This document shows positions 51,261-60,446 of a DNA stretch of 64,000 bases, piece by piece. The number at the start of each line of letters is the position of its first letter. Position 1 is the stretch's first letter. The position numbers and the translations under genes are program-made. Under the pieces are notes generated by a model that ran no database searches, was not told the origin of the DNA, and worked only from the letters and a program-made list of their open reading frames with translations. The DNA is from an uncultured virus (IMG/VR IMGVR_UViG_3300027808_000024) (lineage: Duplodnaviria > Heunggongvirae > Uroviricota > Caudoviricetes): the IMG/VR virus record IMGVR_UViG_3300027808_000024. One strand, 5' to 3'.

Positions 51261-51383
51261 AGTTCCTCCCATTGTATCAAATAAGTAGGGAGAGCGCAAG
51301 CCCCACACCTGCGCTCTACCCTTATATCACGTGAGGGACCCCACCCCACGCATTCAGCCTAGGTCACCACTCCAGGCTCTCAG

Positions 51384-51737
51384 TTAAACCTTTAAACTTA
51401 AATGATAATTAATAAAACTATCAAACTCATGAATGCCAGTTTCATCTTCTACAGTCTTATTAATTAAATCAATAGTGATATCTGGATGGTCTCCACCATA
51501 GTCCATACCGTGGCCATTACTGGCCCATAGACCAAAACCTGTCTCCTCTGTCCACTGGTCCCCAATCAGCTGAGACACAATGATACGGGTTGCATAGGAT
51601 GTGTCATTCCGCCTAGGTTCTGCAGCCTGTAGTGCACGGGCAAGGTTAACAAATCTATCATAGCCACCCCAATGACTGTATAAATTTACAGATAAGTCTT
51701 TATCTTGTTTGATTGTGTAGACGATTCTATCTCCCAC
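51384..51737 (-). CDS. Phage hypothetical protein
   Basis: MGDR..LYSHWGG motif. Confidence 0.6.
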   Translation of the reverse strand: MGDRIVYTIKQDKDLSVNLYSHWGGYDRFVNLARALQAAEPRRNDTSYATRIIVSQLIGDQWTEETGFGLWASNGHGMDYGGDHPDITIDLINKTVEDETGIHEFDSFINYHLSLKV

Positions 51738-52063
51738 TATTCATCATCTCCTACAAATTCGATAACAACTCTAGCAACTCGTCCGTCCTCATTCATTTCA
51801 GCATAGACAGGATAGAGCCCGTCGCCATAGCCAGTTGAGAACACTACAGCGGTAGCCATACCTAACTCGCCATAGCCTTTTGTTATGGTAGCCTCACAAG
51901 CCCCAAGATAACTATACTCTCCTACTTTTTGTTTATGTAGTTCAAAGTCCTCAGCCTCATCATTCCAAGGCTCCCACTCATCAAGATAGCAAGGGTCGCC
52001 TACCATGGCTTGCCCACTATCAACAGAAAAATGTCCAATAAGGGTCATTTCTTTAGTATCCAT
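51737..52063 (-). CDS. DUF4241-like protein
   Basis: VDSGQAMVGDPCY, STGYGDGLYPVY. Confidence 0.65.
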   Translation of the reverse strand: MDTKEMTLIGHFSVDSGQAMVGDPCYLDEWEPWNDEAEDFELHKQKVGEYSYLGACEATITKGYGELGMATAVVFSTGYGDGLYPVYAEMNEDGRVARVVIEFVGDDE

Positions 52064-52186
52064 TTCTTTCCTCTCCTTTGGTGTTTATGTCAATTCTATC
52101 AAAATCCAGCGGTAATGTCAATTGCTGATAAATCCCTAATAGATCCAACTGTTGTTTTGCCTTTAATACATCTAATGATTCTATTA

Positions 52187-52438
52187 TCATGTACCGTCCC
52201 TTTCTGCGATTGCAAATGACAAGTCATATGTTAGTTTATATAGATTTGTATAAGCGTCTAGCATACCTTCACAGTATGTCCTGTTCATTGAATCCATGGC
52301 CTCACCTGAGAGCTCTTCTATATCTGCAGCAGCCTCTAATGAGCGTTCAGCCTCCAGCATAAGATTTTTAAGCTCTCCATGTATGACATCAAGGCCTGAT
52401 GAGCCCAGGTCAATCTGTTTCTGTAGATTGTCGTTCAT
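52187..52438 (-). CDS. Hypothetical protein
   Basis: Overlapping leftward ORF run. Confidence 0.5.
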   Translation of the reverse strand: MNDNLQKQIDLGSSGLDVIHGELKNLMLEAERSLEAAADIEELSGEAMDSMNRTYCEGMLDAYTNLYKLTYDLSFAIAERDGT

Positions 52439-52637
52439 CTCTTTCTCTTTCCTCTCCTATTTGTATAAAGTGACGGGTAGCAATAATCTGCCCACCTAAC
52501 CAGTTAAACTCAAAATCTAATTCAGCATAGTCTTTAGAATTCATATCTAATGATTCCATTTGTTCTTTTACATATTCCTGGTCTTGTTCAATACTAACAA
52601 GATGTAGCTTCATATATTCTATCAAATAAGAACTCAT
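52410..52637 (-). CDS. Hypothetical protein
   Basis: Coupled acidic ORF. Confidence 0.5.
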   Translation of the reverse strand: MSSYLIEYMKLHLVSIEQDQEYVKEQMESLDMNSKDYAELDFEFNWLGGQIIATRHFIQIGEERERDERQSTETD

Positions 52638-52864
52638 TAGTCTACCTCAATATAATATTGGTCATCAGGATTCATATTGTAGAATTTATTAAATGCCTGT
52701 TTAATTTCTTTAGAATCAGACAATGAAGCAAATTGATAATCTGCATACAATGTACCCTCATCTAAATTAGAATCCATCCATTCAGTAAATAGATGTTCTG
52801 ATATTGCTTGTATCTCATAATCAATAACCATTTGGTTAATGTTTGCTTCCTCTAGGAAACTCAT
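52637..52864 (-). CDS. Hypothetical protein
   Basis: Coupled acidic ORF. Confidence 0.5.
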   Translation of the reverse strand: MSFLEEANINQMVIDYEIQAISEHLFTEWMDSNLDEGTLYADYQFASLSDSKEIKQAFNKFYNMNPDDQYYIEVD

Positions 52865-53610
52865 TTGATTTGGTCCCTTCTGTATTCTGGTAGATGTGCT
52901 TCGTCTAAGTATACTTTATGGGTATCACATTCTGCAACTGCCTCTAGGTCTGCCTCGCCTAGCCAGTTACACGATTCACATATCTGACCACATTCACTCT
53001 CACAATAATCTAATGTGTTGGTTGCTTCGCAATCTCTGCACATATTCTCATATCCAGAATCAGAAATCATTTCACCACGCAAGAACTCACACTCACCACC
53101 CCAACCTGTCTCTTCCTCATAAGATAAGGTAAAGAGCAATGTTGGATACTGACTAGATAGTTTAGCAATAGCAGGCATTGGCGGCGACCAAGCGGTATTA
53201 AAATTATAATAAACAACTAGATTCTCTCCATTAGGAGTAGGACCTTCCATATATGTATCAGGATGTTCATTATCAGAAGATACAGCAATTTCCCATTTAG
53301 TTCCCCAGTTGCGGACATTCCATGAATACCAGTCATTGCCTTTGAACTGCATGGCTTCTTCAATTGGTAATTTATGGTCAGGCTGCCCTGAATACTCATA
53401 CTCAGTAACACCGTCTTCAATATAGTTATAGATATTATAGAATGCAAATACAGGATTTGGATAAGTAGTTAATTTCTTTTCCATTTGTCCAGTCTCCGTG
53501 TTCCATGAATCATGGACCATTTTGAATGGTTTATTAAGTTGTGCTACAAGGTCATTAACCTCTGACGGACTACCTTCTATAGTAAGTCCACTAAATACCC
53601 AATTAGGCAT
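52861..53610 (-). CDS. YubB/DUF1281 ferredoxin-like domain protein
   Basis: MPNW..DWYSWNVRNWGTKW..FNTAWSPP; AGAAAGG RBS. Confidence 0.75.
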   Translation of the reverse strand: MPNWVFSGLTIEGSPSEVNDLVAQLNKPFKMVHDSWNTETGQMEKKLTTYPNPVFAFYNIYNYIEDGVTEYEYSGQPDHKLPIEEAMQFKGNDWYSWNVRNWGTKWEIAVSSDNEHPDTYMEGPTPNGENLVVYYNFNTAWSPPMPAIAKLSSQYPTLLFTLSYEEETGWGGECEFLRGEMISDSGYENMCRDCEATNTLDYCESECGQICESCNWLGEADLEAVAECDTHKVYLDEAHLPEYRRDQIK

Positions 53611-54284
53611 GGGGGTCCTTTCTGTTTGTCGTAATACAATTATCCCAAAATCAGGGAATTCTGTCAATCTGTCGTAAAGTGATTTTGGTCACACCTTTCC
53701 CTCTACCCTCGTGGATTGGCATTCCATGCACTTAGGATCTATAGGATCGTAGTACTCTTTATAGCCAACATCCTCCAACTCACCTGCGGCAGTATATGTG
53801 GCCTCGTTATAGGAATTCTCCATGAATGAGAACCTAGTTACATTATTACAATCTAAACACTTAGGCATCTGCACCCATCTCCCATGGCTCTACTTTATAG
53901 TTTGCACATATTTGCTCAATGCAATCTTCAAGTTCGGTAAAGAATAGGCCACCTTCATTGTCGTCAAAATGACTAATCATGTTGTCAGTTATCTTGAATT
54001 CCCATACTATTTTCATTGGACATGTCCTTCTGCTAACAGACCTTCAAAGAAGTCCCATACTATTAGTAATTGTTTATAGTTTTGTTCATCCCCTTGGTTT
54101 TTGGCAGTATCAATAGCCCAAGTCAAACTATTACCAAATGCTTGTATATCTTGATATGTATAACCTAACATAATTACCCTTTCTGTGGTAAATATATTGT
54201 AGCAAATTTTGGGGAAAAAATCAAACTATCGTAAAGAATTTTAGGTAAAAATATCATGGATCCCGGGGGGATTTTAAAAAAAGT

Positions 54285-54312
54285 TGAGCAGTTTATACTC
54301 TTACTCAGGAGT
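54285..54312 (-). ncRNA. Repeated H-type pseudoknot, copy A
   Basis: ACUC-CUGAGUAA-GAGU-AUAAAC-UGCUCA. Confidence 0.65.
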
Positions 54313-54321
54313 TGAATTAGA

Positions 54322-55332
54322 TTAAACTAATTCTAAAGTATTTTTTACAATACTTAGCAGACGATTTTTTTCTGCTGTAATTGTCGCATCAAAACCAGAA
54401 GCAGCAGCAAGCAGAGATTCGTTAGAATTACCACGAGCAGACCTGTGCCAATCAAGGCGTTCAGTTAGAGCATTGAAAGCACCCCAAGCGGTATTGGCAA
54501 TCATGCCATTAAACTCGCCTGTGTAAATATCATTGATTAAATCAATTTTATTTTCCCACTTCTTTGATGAGCCTTTAGAATCTTTATCAGGCTTAGGATA
54601 AGCAGCAAGAACAATATCATTGAACTGTTGCGCTGTGATTTCTTTTTCAATCATAGCCTTAGCCATAACATCAAAAGAATCCATATAAGCATTAGCAAGA
54701 CCAAGGGCCTCACGAGCAATTTGGACTTTACCATTAGCGGTCTGTGTGTGGCGAATCTTGAAAGATTGCTTGATTTTATTCTTCTTAGAACCAAGCGCAA
54801 GATTAAGAGTGTTAGCGCATACAACACGCACTGGTGTGATACTTGCTTGAATAGCAATAGAGCCATCATGTGATGTATTGATAAGTAAATAAGTTTTTAC
54901 CTTATCTGCCACACCATTAGGGTCTAATACTGTTTCACGCTCAAGAGCAAGAGAGCCAAATACAACACGCCCTCCACGAATAGAGCCAGCGGTTTCCCAT
55001 CTGCCTCCACCATCTAGGATATTATCACCAAATGAGAATAAGTCCTCATTTTGTAAAACATGATAACGCTCACCAACAACACCTAAAATATCTGTCTGAG
55101 AGTTATTTGTAGGATTTGTCCTAACAACATACTGATATTCTTTATCTGATGATAAAGTATTTGGAATCTCAACATCAACTAATCTAACATTCCAATTATT
55201 TAGATTAGCAGCAGCAAGCATTTCTGCTGTGGTTTTTTCATCTGTGAATACTGTGCCTAGACCATGCCAAGCAGGCTCACGCAATGAAGCAAAAGAAGCA
55301 ACGCCATTTTGCGTTTCTAACTCATGTGCCAT
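54322..55332 (-). CDS. DUF932-family phage/plasmid protein
   Basis: MAHE..PAWHGLG..ETAGSIRGG..NTSHDGS..RVVCANTL..RHT. Confidence 0.85.
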   Translation of the reverse strand: MAHELETQNGVASFASLREPAWHGLGTVFTDEKTTAEMLAAANLNNWNVRLVDVEIPNTLSSDKEYQYVVRTNPTNNSQTDILGVVGERYHVLQNEDLFSFGDNILDGGGRWETAGSIRGGRVVFGSLALERETVLDPNGVADKVKTYLLINTSHDGSIAIQASITPVRVVCANTLNLALGSKKNKIKQSFKIRHTQTANGKVQIAREALGLANAYMDSFDVMAKAMIEKEITAQQFNDIVLAAYPKPDKDSKGSSKKWENKIDLINDIYTGEFNGMIANTAWGAFNALTERLDWHRSARGNSNESLLAAASGFDATITAEKNRLLSIVKNTLELV

Positions 55333-55360
55333 TTTTATTTCCTTTCTATTTGTTTAGACA

Positions 55361-55382
55361 ATCATATCAGGTGGGTCTGACA
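55361..55382 (-). promoter_or_regulatory. PafBC/RecA-NDp-type promoter
   Basis: TGTCAG-N10-TATGAT, with TTGACA just upstream. Confidence 0.6.
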
Positions 55383-55470
55383 ATGTCAATTCATACTATT
55401 AAGAATCTGGGCAAAACGGACATCGTTCTTAAACTTGACAAAAGATCTTTTTGCCCCCCGGGATTTTGGA

Positions 55471-55498
55471 GAGCAGTTTTAAGACATGCTCAGGTCTT
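55471..55498 (-). ncRNA. Repeated H-type pseudoknot, copy B
   Basis: AAGAC-CUGAGCAU-GUCUU-AAAAC-UGCUC. Confidence 0.65.
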
Positions 55499-55512
55499 GG
55501 ATAGCCCCACTA

Positions 55513-55977
55513 TCACACGTTATAGATATTATCTATCTCAACACCTACTTCTCCGTCATATGAATTTAGTTCAGCATAAACATTTAAGTCAATGTCGCTA
55601 ACCTCAAAATTAGCAACTTCATCTAACGGAACTAATATTGTTCCTGTGATTGTGGCGGTAGCCTCAAACTGAATTTCCTTAGTAGGATTAAATCCAAAGA
55701 TACTACAAATATCAGCAACGATTTCCTCTGAACCCATATCAAGGTAATCAGGTAGGCGACTTTCTAACAGACCTACTCCCTGAGTATATCTATTAAGTTC
55801 TCGTCTTTCTCTGCGGTGTTGATGTAATTCCCACTCAAGGTCGCTAACCTTTACTGTGGGATACCAATTTGTATAGTCTGTTTGGTGTGCCTCAGAATCA
55901 ATAATCTTATAGGTCACGATTTGATTTGGGTTGTAGTGGTTTGGCACTACTATTTCATTAGTTGTTTCTGTATTCAT
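55513..55977 (-). CDS. Hypothetical protein
   Basis: 154 aa; GAGG RBS. Confidence 0.6.
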   Translation of the reverse strand: MNTETTNEIVVPNHYNPNQIVTYKIIDSEAHQTDYTNWYPTVKVSDLEWELHQHRRERRELNRYTQGVGLLESRLPDYLDMGSEEIVADICSIFGFNPTKEIQFEATATITGTILVPLDEVANFEVSDIDLNVYAELNSYDGEVGVEIDNIYNV

Positions 55978-56239
55978 TTAAGAGTTCCTCTCCTACTGTA
56001 TCCATTTCTTTAATGGTATCCATCATATCGTTTAACTGTTCCTCTGTCAATAGTGCGTGGGTCACTAAGGTTGTTGTCATAGCAGAGAGCATAGCGGAAT
56101 AGTTATACATCTCTTTGATAAAACTTTCATCATCTACTTCATTTCTGATACTGACAATGTGTTTCACAATTTCCATTATCATGTCATCATGAACTGCGTC
56201 TCTTGACGCTTCTTGTAATTTAATAGCGGTTGCTATCAT
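55958..56239 (-). CDS. Hypothetical protein
   Basis: MIATAIK start after AGAAAGG. Confidence 0.6.
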   Translation of the reverse strand: MIATAIKLQEASRDAVHDDMIMEIVKHIVSIRNEVDDESFIKEMYNYSAMLSAMTTTLVTHALLTEEQLNDMMDTIKEMDTVGEELLNEYRNN

Positions 56240-56317
56240 GGGGCGTTCCTTTCTTTTGGTTATACCCAAGTCTATCAAAAATATAGGAAAAATACAAATC
56301 GTGTCTTAAACCAGCTA

Positions 56318-56333
56318 TGTGATCATTATCACA
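56318..56333. promoter_or_regulatory. CRP/GlxR-type site
   Basis: TGTGA-tcatta-TCACA. Confidence 0.6.
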
Positions 56334-56356
56334 TTTCCCGGGGGGCGCAAAAAAAA

Positions 56357-56385
56357 TAAGCAGTTTTAGTTCATGCTTAGGAACT
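56357..56385 (-). ncRNA. Repeated H-type pseudoknot, copy C
   Basis: AGUUC-CUAAGCAU-GAACU-AAAAC-UGCUUA. Confidence 0.65.
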
Positions 56386-56470
56386 GTATGCCTCGCTATA
56401 GCACTGGCAGGGACATTTGGTTGTGGCTGGGGGAATTCCGATTACACACCCGAAACCAGCCACAATTCTA

Positions 56471-56638
56471 TTAGTGTGTTTTTACCATAGCAAATCTTGT
56501 TTGATTATTTGCCAAGCGCAACATTACTTTAGTGACATTACGAGTTTGTGGGACAAACTTTTCAATGCGACCTGTAATACCTGTTTTGCTTGTTGTAAAT
56601 AAATCACCAAGTTGGTATCTGTATCCTCCAAGTGTCAT
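56471..56638 (-). CDS. 55 aa SH3/KOW-like protein (absent from ORF track)
   Basis: MTLGGYRYQLGDLFTTSKTGITGRIEKFVPQTRNVTKVMLRLANNQTRFAMVKTH; AGAAAGG RBS. Confidence 0.7.
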   Translation of the reverse strand: MTLGGYRYQLGDLFTTSKTGITGRIEKFVPQTRNVTKVMLRLANNQTRFAMVKTH

Positions 56639-56668
56639 TTACTTTTCCTTTCTGTTAGGGGTTTTTGT

Positions 56669-56698
56669 TGAGCAGTTTTAGTTGTCATACTCAGGACA
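56669..56698 (-). ncRNA. Repeated H-type pseudoknot, copy D
   Basis: UGUC-CUGAGUAU-GACA-ACUAAAAC-UGCUCA. Confidence 0.65.
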
Positions 56699-56713
56699 TT
56701 TAGCGTTTGCTAA

Positions 56714-57133
56714 TTATAGATAACGAGCGATAGCATTATAGGTGCTAGTGCTAACTACTTCCTCATCTGTCATTTTGAGAATACGAATTGCGTTCTCAAT
56801 TTCATCTACCATTTCCTTGTATTGCCACTCATTGTAAGTGTCAAAATCTTTCTGAGGTTCATCAGGTAGAACTATACTTCCACTAGGTAAGTTGAAATCT
56901 ACATTTATAGTGCCATTGTAGCGAACATTGGCAGATAAATCTGTTGCCTTGCTTATTTGAGCAAGTGCTAACTTTCCTACTTCTTTGTTGTATTTCTCTT
57001 GCGCCTTTGAGAACTTTTCCTCATTGACTTTTTGATTAGCCTTATCCTTTTGGATTTGGGCTAGTTTTGCTTCTAGAGCCTTTATGACTTTAGTTGTAGC
57101 GATTTTTACGCTAATTGCTTTTCCTCTTGACAT
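56714..57133 (-). CDS. Hypothetical protein
   Basis: AGAAAGG RBS; 139 aa. Confidence 0.65.
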   Translation of the reverse strand: MSRGKAISVKIATTKVIKALEAKLAQIQKDKANQKVNEEKFSKAQEKYNKEVGKLALAQISKATDLSANVRYNGTINVDFNLPSGSIVLPDEPQKDFDTYNEWQYKEMVDEIENAIRILKMTDEEVVSTSTYNAIARYL

Positions 57134-57219
57134 AATTACCTTTCTGTGTAATTTATTGGTGGGCTATTATTTTAGCATTTTTAGGTGGGATAGTCAATTT
57201 GGCTACCCCACCCATTTGA

Positions 57220-57384
57220 CTACTTAGATTTCCAAGTTGTCCAACGAGTTGCGCCATTTACATCAAGTTTAACGCGAACTGTGTCCTTGTTGGTTGGCAC
57301 GATTTCCTTGATAACACCTGTCACCTTAGACTTCTGTGAGGTGTAAGTGTCGCCGACCTTGTAAGTTGCTACTGCTACTGACAT
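57220..57384 (-). CDS. 54 aa SH3/KOW-like protein (absent from ORF track)
   Basis: MSVAVATYKVGDTYTSQKSKVTGVIKEIVPTNKDTVRVKLDVNGATRWTTWKSK; AAAGGAG RBS. Confidence 0.7.
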   Translation of the reverse strand: MSVAVATYKVGDTYTSQKSKVTGVIKEIVPTNKDTVRVKLDVNGATRWTTWKSK

Positions 57385-57628
57385 TGTTTCTCCTTTGTTA
57401 GTTGTTTTTTCATTACTGTATTATTATCGCATTTTTGGTATTTATTGTCAAGTCCTATACCCTAAAAATCTCATTATTTGAGATTTGTGAGGTAAGTCAC
57501 TAATTGCCCATTCCCGAAAAAACTAGCAGTAGGCATGTGACTCCTAAGATTATTAGTAATTCCACGATTCCCCTTTCTGTCCTTGATTTTATCATTTTGC
57601 GGGGGTATTGGTCAAGTCCCCCTAGATC

Positions 57629-58348
57629 CTACTTCTTCTTAGCAGAGAAAACTATATTAGCCTTGTTATCAATACATAGAGAGCAGACTACGCAAGCAGA
57701 GCCCTCTTTAGATATTAGTGGAATAGCCTTTTTATTTTCAGGGCATTTAGCTCCAGGCTTACCTATCATCTCTTTCATATCTGCCTGACCAATTGCGAAG
57801 GTATCAGCAAGGTATGCTAATTTAACTCCAGTATCTTTATTTAATTTAATAGCAATTTTTTTATTCTCGCTATCTGTGGAATAGTATAGAGATAGATTAT
57901 CAATACCCTTAAGAATATTGACCGCAGAGGCTACTCTTGTATATACCCAAAACTTTATATCAGAATTATTAAGGATGATATGCTTCCAGGCGAAGGCATA
58001 AGTATCATTGAAAAAGTCTCCGTCCCAATGGATACGAAATAATTTAGGAGCATTGCGCTTATCACAATCAGCCTTAAAATCATTTATCATATCTTGCAAT
58101 AGGTCTTCCATAGTATCGTGGTCAGCGTCTTTTAATAAATTCCAATTATGAATTAGGTTTTCTCTTACGCCTTTATATACTCTTTCAAGTTTTCCTGCGT
58201 AGCAAACACTTTCACAAACACTAGTGGCACCAGGGCACGAGTAAGCCTTGCCAGCAGGCAGTCCAAAAGTGTTGGCGATTGTTGCGGTTTTTCCATTGGG
58301 TGATACGGCATTAGCGACCTTTCTATCGTTAGAGCGTTTTAGTTTCAT
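57629..58348 (-). CDS. GP88-family (radical-SAM-like) protein
   Basis: CPGATSVCESVCYA, FRIHWDGDFF, FWVYTR, C-terminal CxxCxxC. Confidence 0.75.
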   Translation of the reverse strand: MKLKRSNDRKVANAVSPNGKTATIANTFGLPAGKAYSCPGATSVCESVCYAGKLERVYKGVRENLIHNWNLLKDADHDTMEDLLQDMINDFKADCDKRNAPKLFRIHWDGDFFNDTYAFAWKHIILNNSDIKFWVYTRVASAVNILKGIDNLSLYYSTDSENKKIAIKLNKDTGVKLAYLADTFAIGQADMKEMIGKPGAKCPENKKAIPLISKEGSACVVCSLCIDNKANIVFSAKKK

Positions 58349-58576
58349 AGGGGTCCTTTCTTACTTCCTAGAATAACATTTTTTTAATCTTTTGTCAATT
58401 TTTTATGCTTGGTTTTGCGGGAATAAATTTTCTTGTTCCTTAATGGCGTGGCAGCAGAAGACCTACGTAATTCCATTAATCTACGTAATTCTTCTCTAGG
58501 TTTTTTCCACATAAAATAATCTTATCATAAAAATATCATAAAAGCAAATCGGACAAATCGGGCGCCCCGGGGGCTT

Positions 58577-58804
58577 TTATTCTAAAATATACAATTCAAA
58601 TTTTTCATTATCAAAAATTTCAACATCTTCTTTTTCATCAAACTCATTATCAATGACAAGAGCGAACCCATCTTTAGTTGGAGTAATTGAAATAATTTTT
58701 ACAATACCAATAATGCCTAAACCAATTAGATCTCCTACTTCTAATTGGTCAGCATTAAGAATATCTACAAATCTGTAATCCATAGAAATTAGTGTATCAG
58801 ACAT
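58577..58804 (-). CDS. Hypothetical protein (small beta-barrel)
   Basis: ADQLEVGDLI motif. Confidence 0.5.
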   Translation of the reverse strand: MSDTLISMDYRFVDILNADQLEVGDLIGLGIIGIVKIISITPTKDGFALVIDNEFDEKEDVEIFDNEKFELYILE

Positions 58805-59020
58805 TTATTTACCTGATACCCTTCCGTCACGATAAAAAATCTTAGTAATCATTTTACCTGATGGCTCTGAAAAATTGTAGGTTGCGTATTCATTAGCAAA
58901 TCCCCAATCCTTTATTTTATCCCACTCGCCAACTGCGCTAATTGCGTCAGAATAACGACCAACCCAATAAGGGGCTTTATCGTTATCATAGGTTGCGGTA
59001 ATTGCGTATAAGTATTCCAT
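58805..59020 (-). CDS. Hypothetical protein
   Basis: MEYLYAI start after GAAAGGG. Confidence 0.5.
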   Translation of the reverse strand: MEYLYAITATYDNDKAPYWVGRYSDAISAVGEWDKIKDWGFANEYATYNFSEPSGKMITKIFYRDGRVSGK

Positions 59021-59021
59021 T

Positions 59022-59300
59022 TTAGTATTCCCTTTCAATAAGCCACGCATTTAGGTGGTGTTGCTCAATAATAGCCCAAGCAGGGGCGGTAGTCAAACCC
59101 TTATAGGTTATTCCTTCAGGCATAGGTATTTCTAAATCCCAAAGTCCAGCGTCATTAACTGCGTCTATGGCTTCAACGCAAGGAGCAACCATAGAGCGGG
59201 GAACGGGCGGGTAATGATTAGCAGATAGGTGAATTGCTATCTGACTTTCAATTTCAAGATTATCAGCAAGGGCTAAATCGTGAGCAAAAATACTTCCCAT
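59022..59300 (-). CDS. Hypothetical protein
   Basis: HLSANHYPPVP..IIEQHHL. Confidence 0.55.
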   Translation of the reverse strand: MGSIFAHDLALADNLEIESQIAIHLSANHYPPVPRSMVAPCVEAIDAVNDAGLWDLEIPMPEGITYKGLTTAPAWAIIEQHHLNAWLIEREY

Positions 59301-59301
59301 T

Positions 59302-59541
59302 TTAGTTAGCCTCTCTACTAGCAAAGATACTGAGATTATAGAAATCTTTAATTAGTTCAGGCTCGCTTAGCAAACCATTATCCCAAATTACATCTCCGTC
59401 ATCATCTAAGATTAGTTCATAGGGATTACACTCGCAAACCTCAAAATCAAAATCCTCGCCAATTCCCCAATACAAATTACCTTTACCCTCGCAAGCATTA
59501 CAATTGCGAATTGTGTTTAACGCGTATTCTACTTTATCCAT
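59302..59541 (-). CDS. Small CxxCxGxG Zn-finger protein
   Basis: CNACEGKG..CEC; AGAAAGA RBS. Confidence 0.55.
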   Translation of the reverse strand: MDKVEYALNTIRNCNACEGKGNLYWGIGEDFDFEVCECNPYELILDDDGDVIWDNGLLSEPELIKDFYNLSIFASREAN

Positions 59542-59636
59542 TTTTCTTTCCTTCTTTCTGTTTAATACTGTAAGCCTATCAGATAGGGCTGACATTTCCA
59601 AATCTGCCACGCCCTGTCCGATATGTCCGTTTTGTC

Positions 59637-60134
59637 CTACCAAGAACTCTGATAGTAGAAAGACAATTCCTCAAACTCAGGCAGATTAATTAGCCTTCTC
59701 AATTGCTTTCTAGTATCCTCAATATCTCGCCAATACCACTCATCAATATCTGTTCCACCAAAGAAAAATCCTTCTGTTGGCGGTAGCAAATTAGGGTCCT
59801 TATTAGTTATAGCCAAAGCACAAAGTGTTTCTAATTCTCTTATCTTAGTATTGGATACATAGTATTCTCCACAATTATCCTCGCCACCTTGAATATTCTT
59901 TACAAACCAATTGTGTATCTGATTACACTTGCGCCAATAGCAGACATTTACTGACACATCTACACCATAGATACCTTCTCTATCTGCGAGGGTAGCCAAA
60001 CCAGCACTATCTACTACATTATCCCATTGTGGATAAGTAGCCTGTGAATACTTAGTATCGCTATCACGATCAAGTAAATCCCAATTTACTTTTTTAATGT
60101 GCTTTCTAGCACTCATATACATATCTAATCCCAT
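59637..60134 (-). CDS. Phage hypothetical protein
   Basis: MGLDMY..YWRK.NQIHNWF..GFFFG..YQSSW. Confidence 0.7.
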   Translation of the reverse strand: MGLDMYMSARKHIKKVNWDLLDRDSDTKYSQATYPQWDNVVDSAGLATLADREGIYGVDVSVNVCYWRKCNQIHNWFVKNIQGGEDNCGEYYVSNTKIRELETLCALAITNKDPNLLPPTEGFFFGGTDIDEWYWRDIEDTRKQLRRLINLPEFEELSFYYQSSW

Positions 60135-60425
60135 TTTACTGTTCCTTCTTTCCAAAAACATTTTCCATTATATTTAAGTTTTCCTCTGTTAGAAAACTCT
60201 GTGCGCTTCCCCATAAGCCATAAATATAGTTATCACCATATTTTTCTTTAGCTAATTTTTCAATATTAGCAATTCTTTCCATTTTTTCAATAACTGTCAT
60301 TTTAGTTATCCTTTCTTTATTTTCAGGCTTCTAGCCTATCATTTTCTACTGACAAAATCAAATTAGACACGCCCAAAAACTGTGAGAAAATTCACAAGCC
60401 CCGTAAAGTGCTACGTAATTCACAT

Positions 60426-60446
60426 TGTGGATAACCCTGTGGATAA
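60426..60446. promoter_or_regulatory. Tandem DnaA boxes
   Basis: TGTGGATAA-ccc-TGTGGATAA. Confidence 0.7.

Noticed and set aside
54285..56698. Hammerhead ribozyme reading of the CUGAG...AAAC repeats
   Set aside because: Lacks the CUGANGA/GAAA core and three-stem junction; the pairing fits a two-stem pseudoknot
60028..60036. DnaA box TGTGGATAA
   Set aside because: Single copy inside a coding sequence; may be chance
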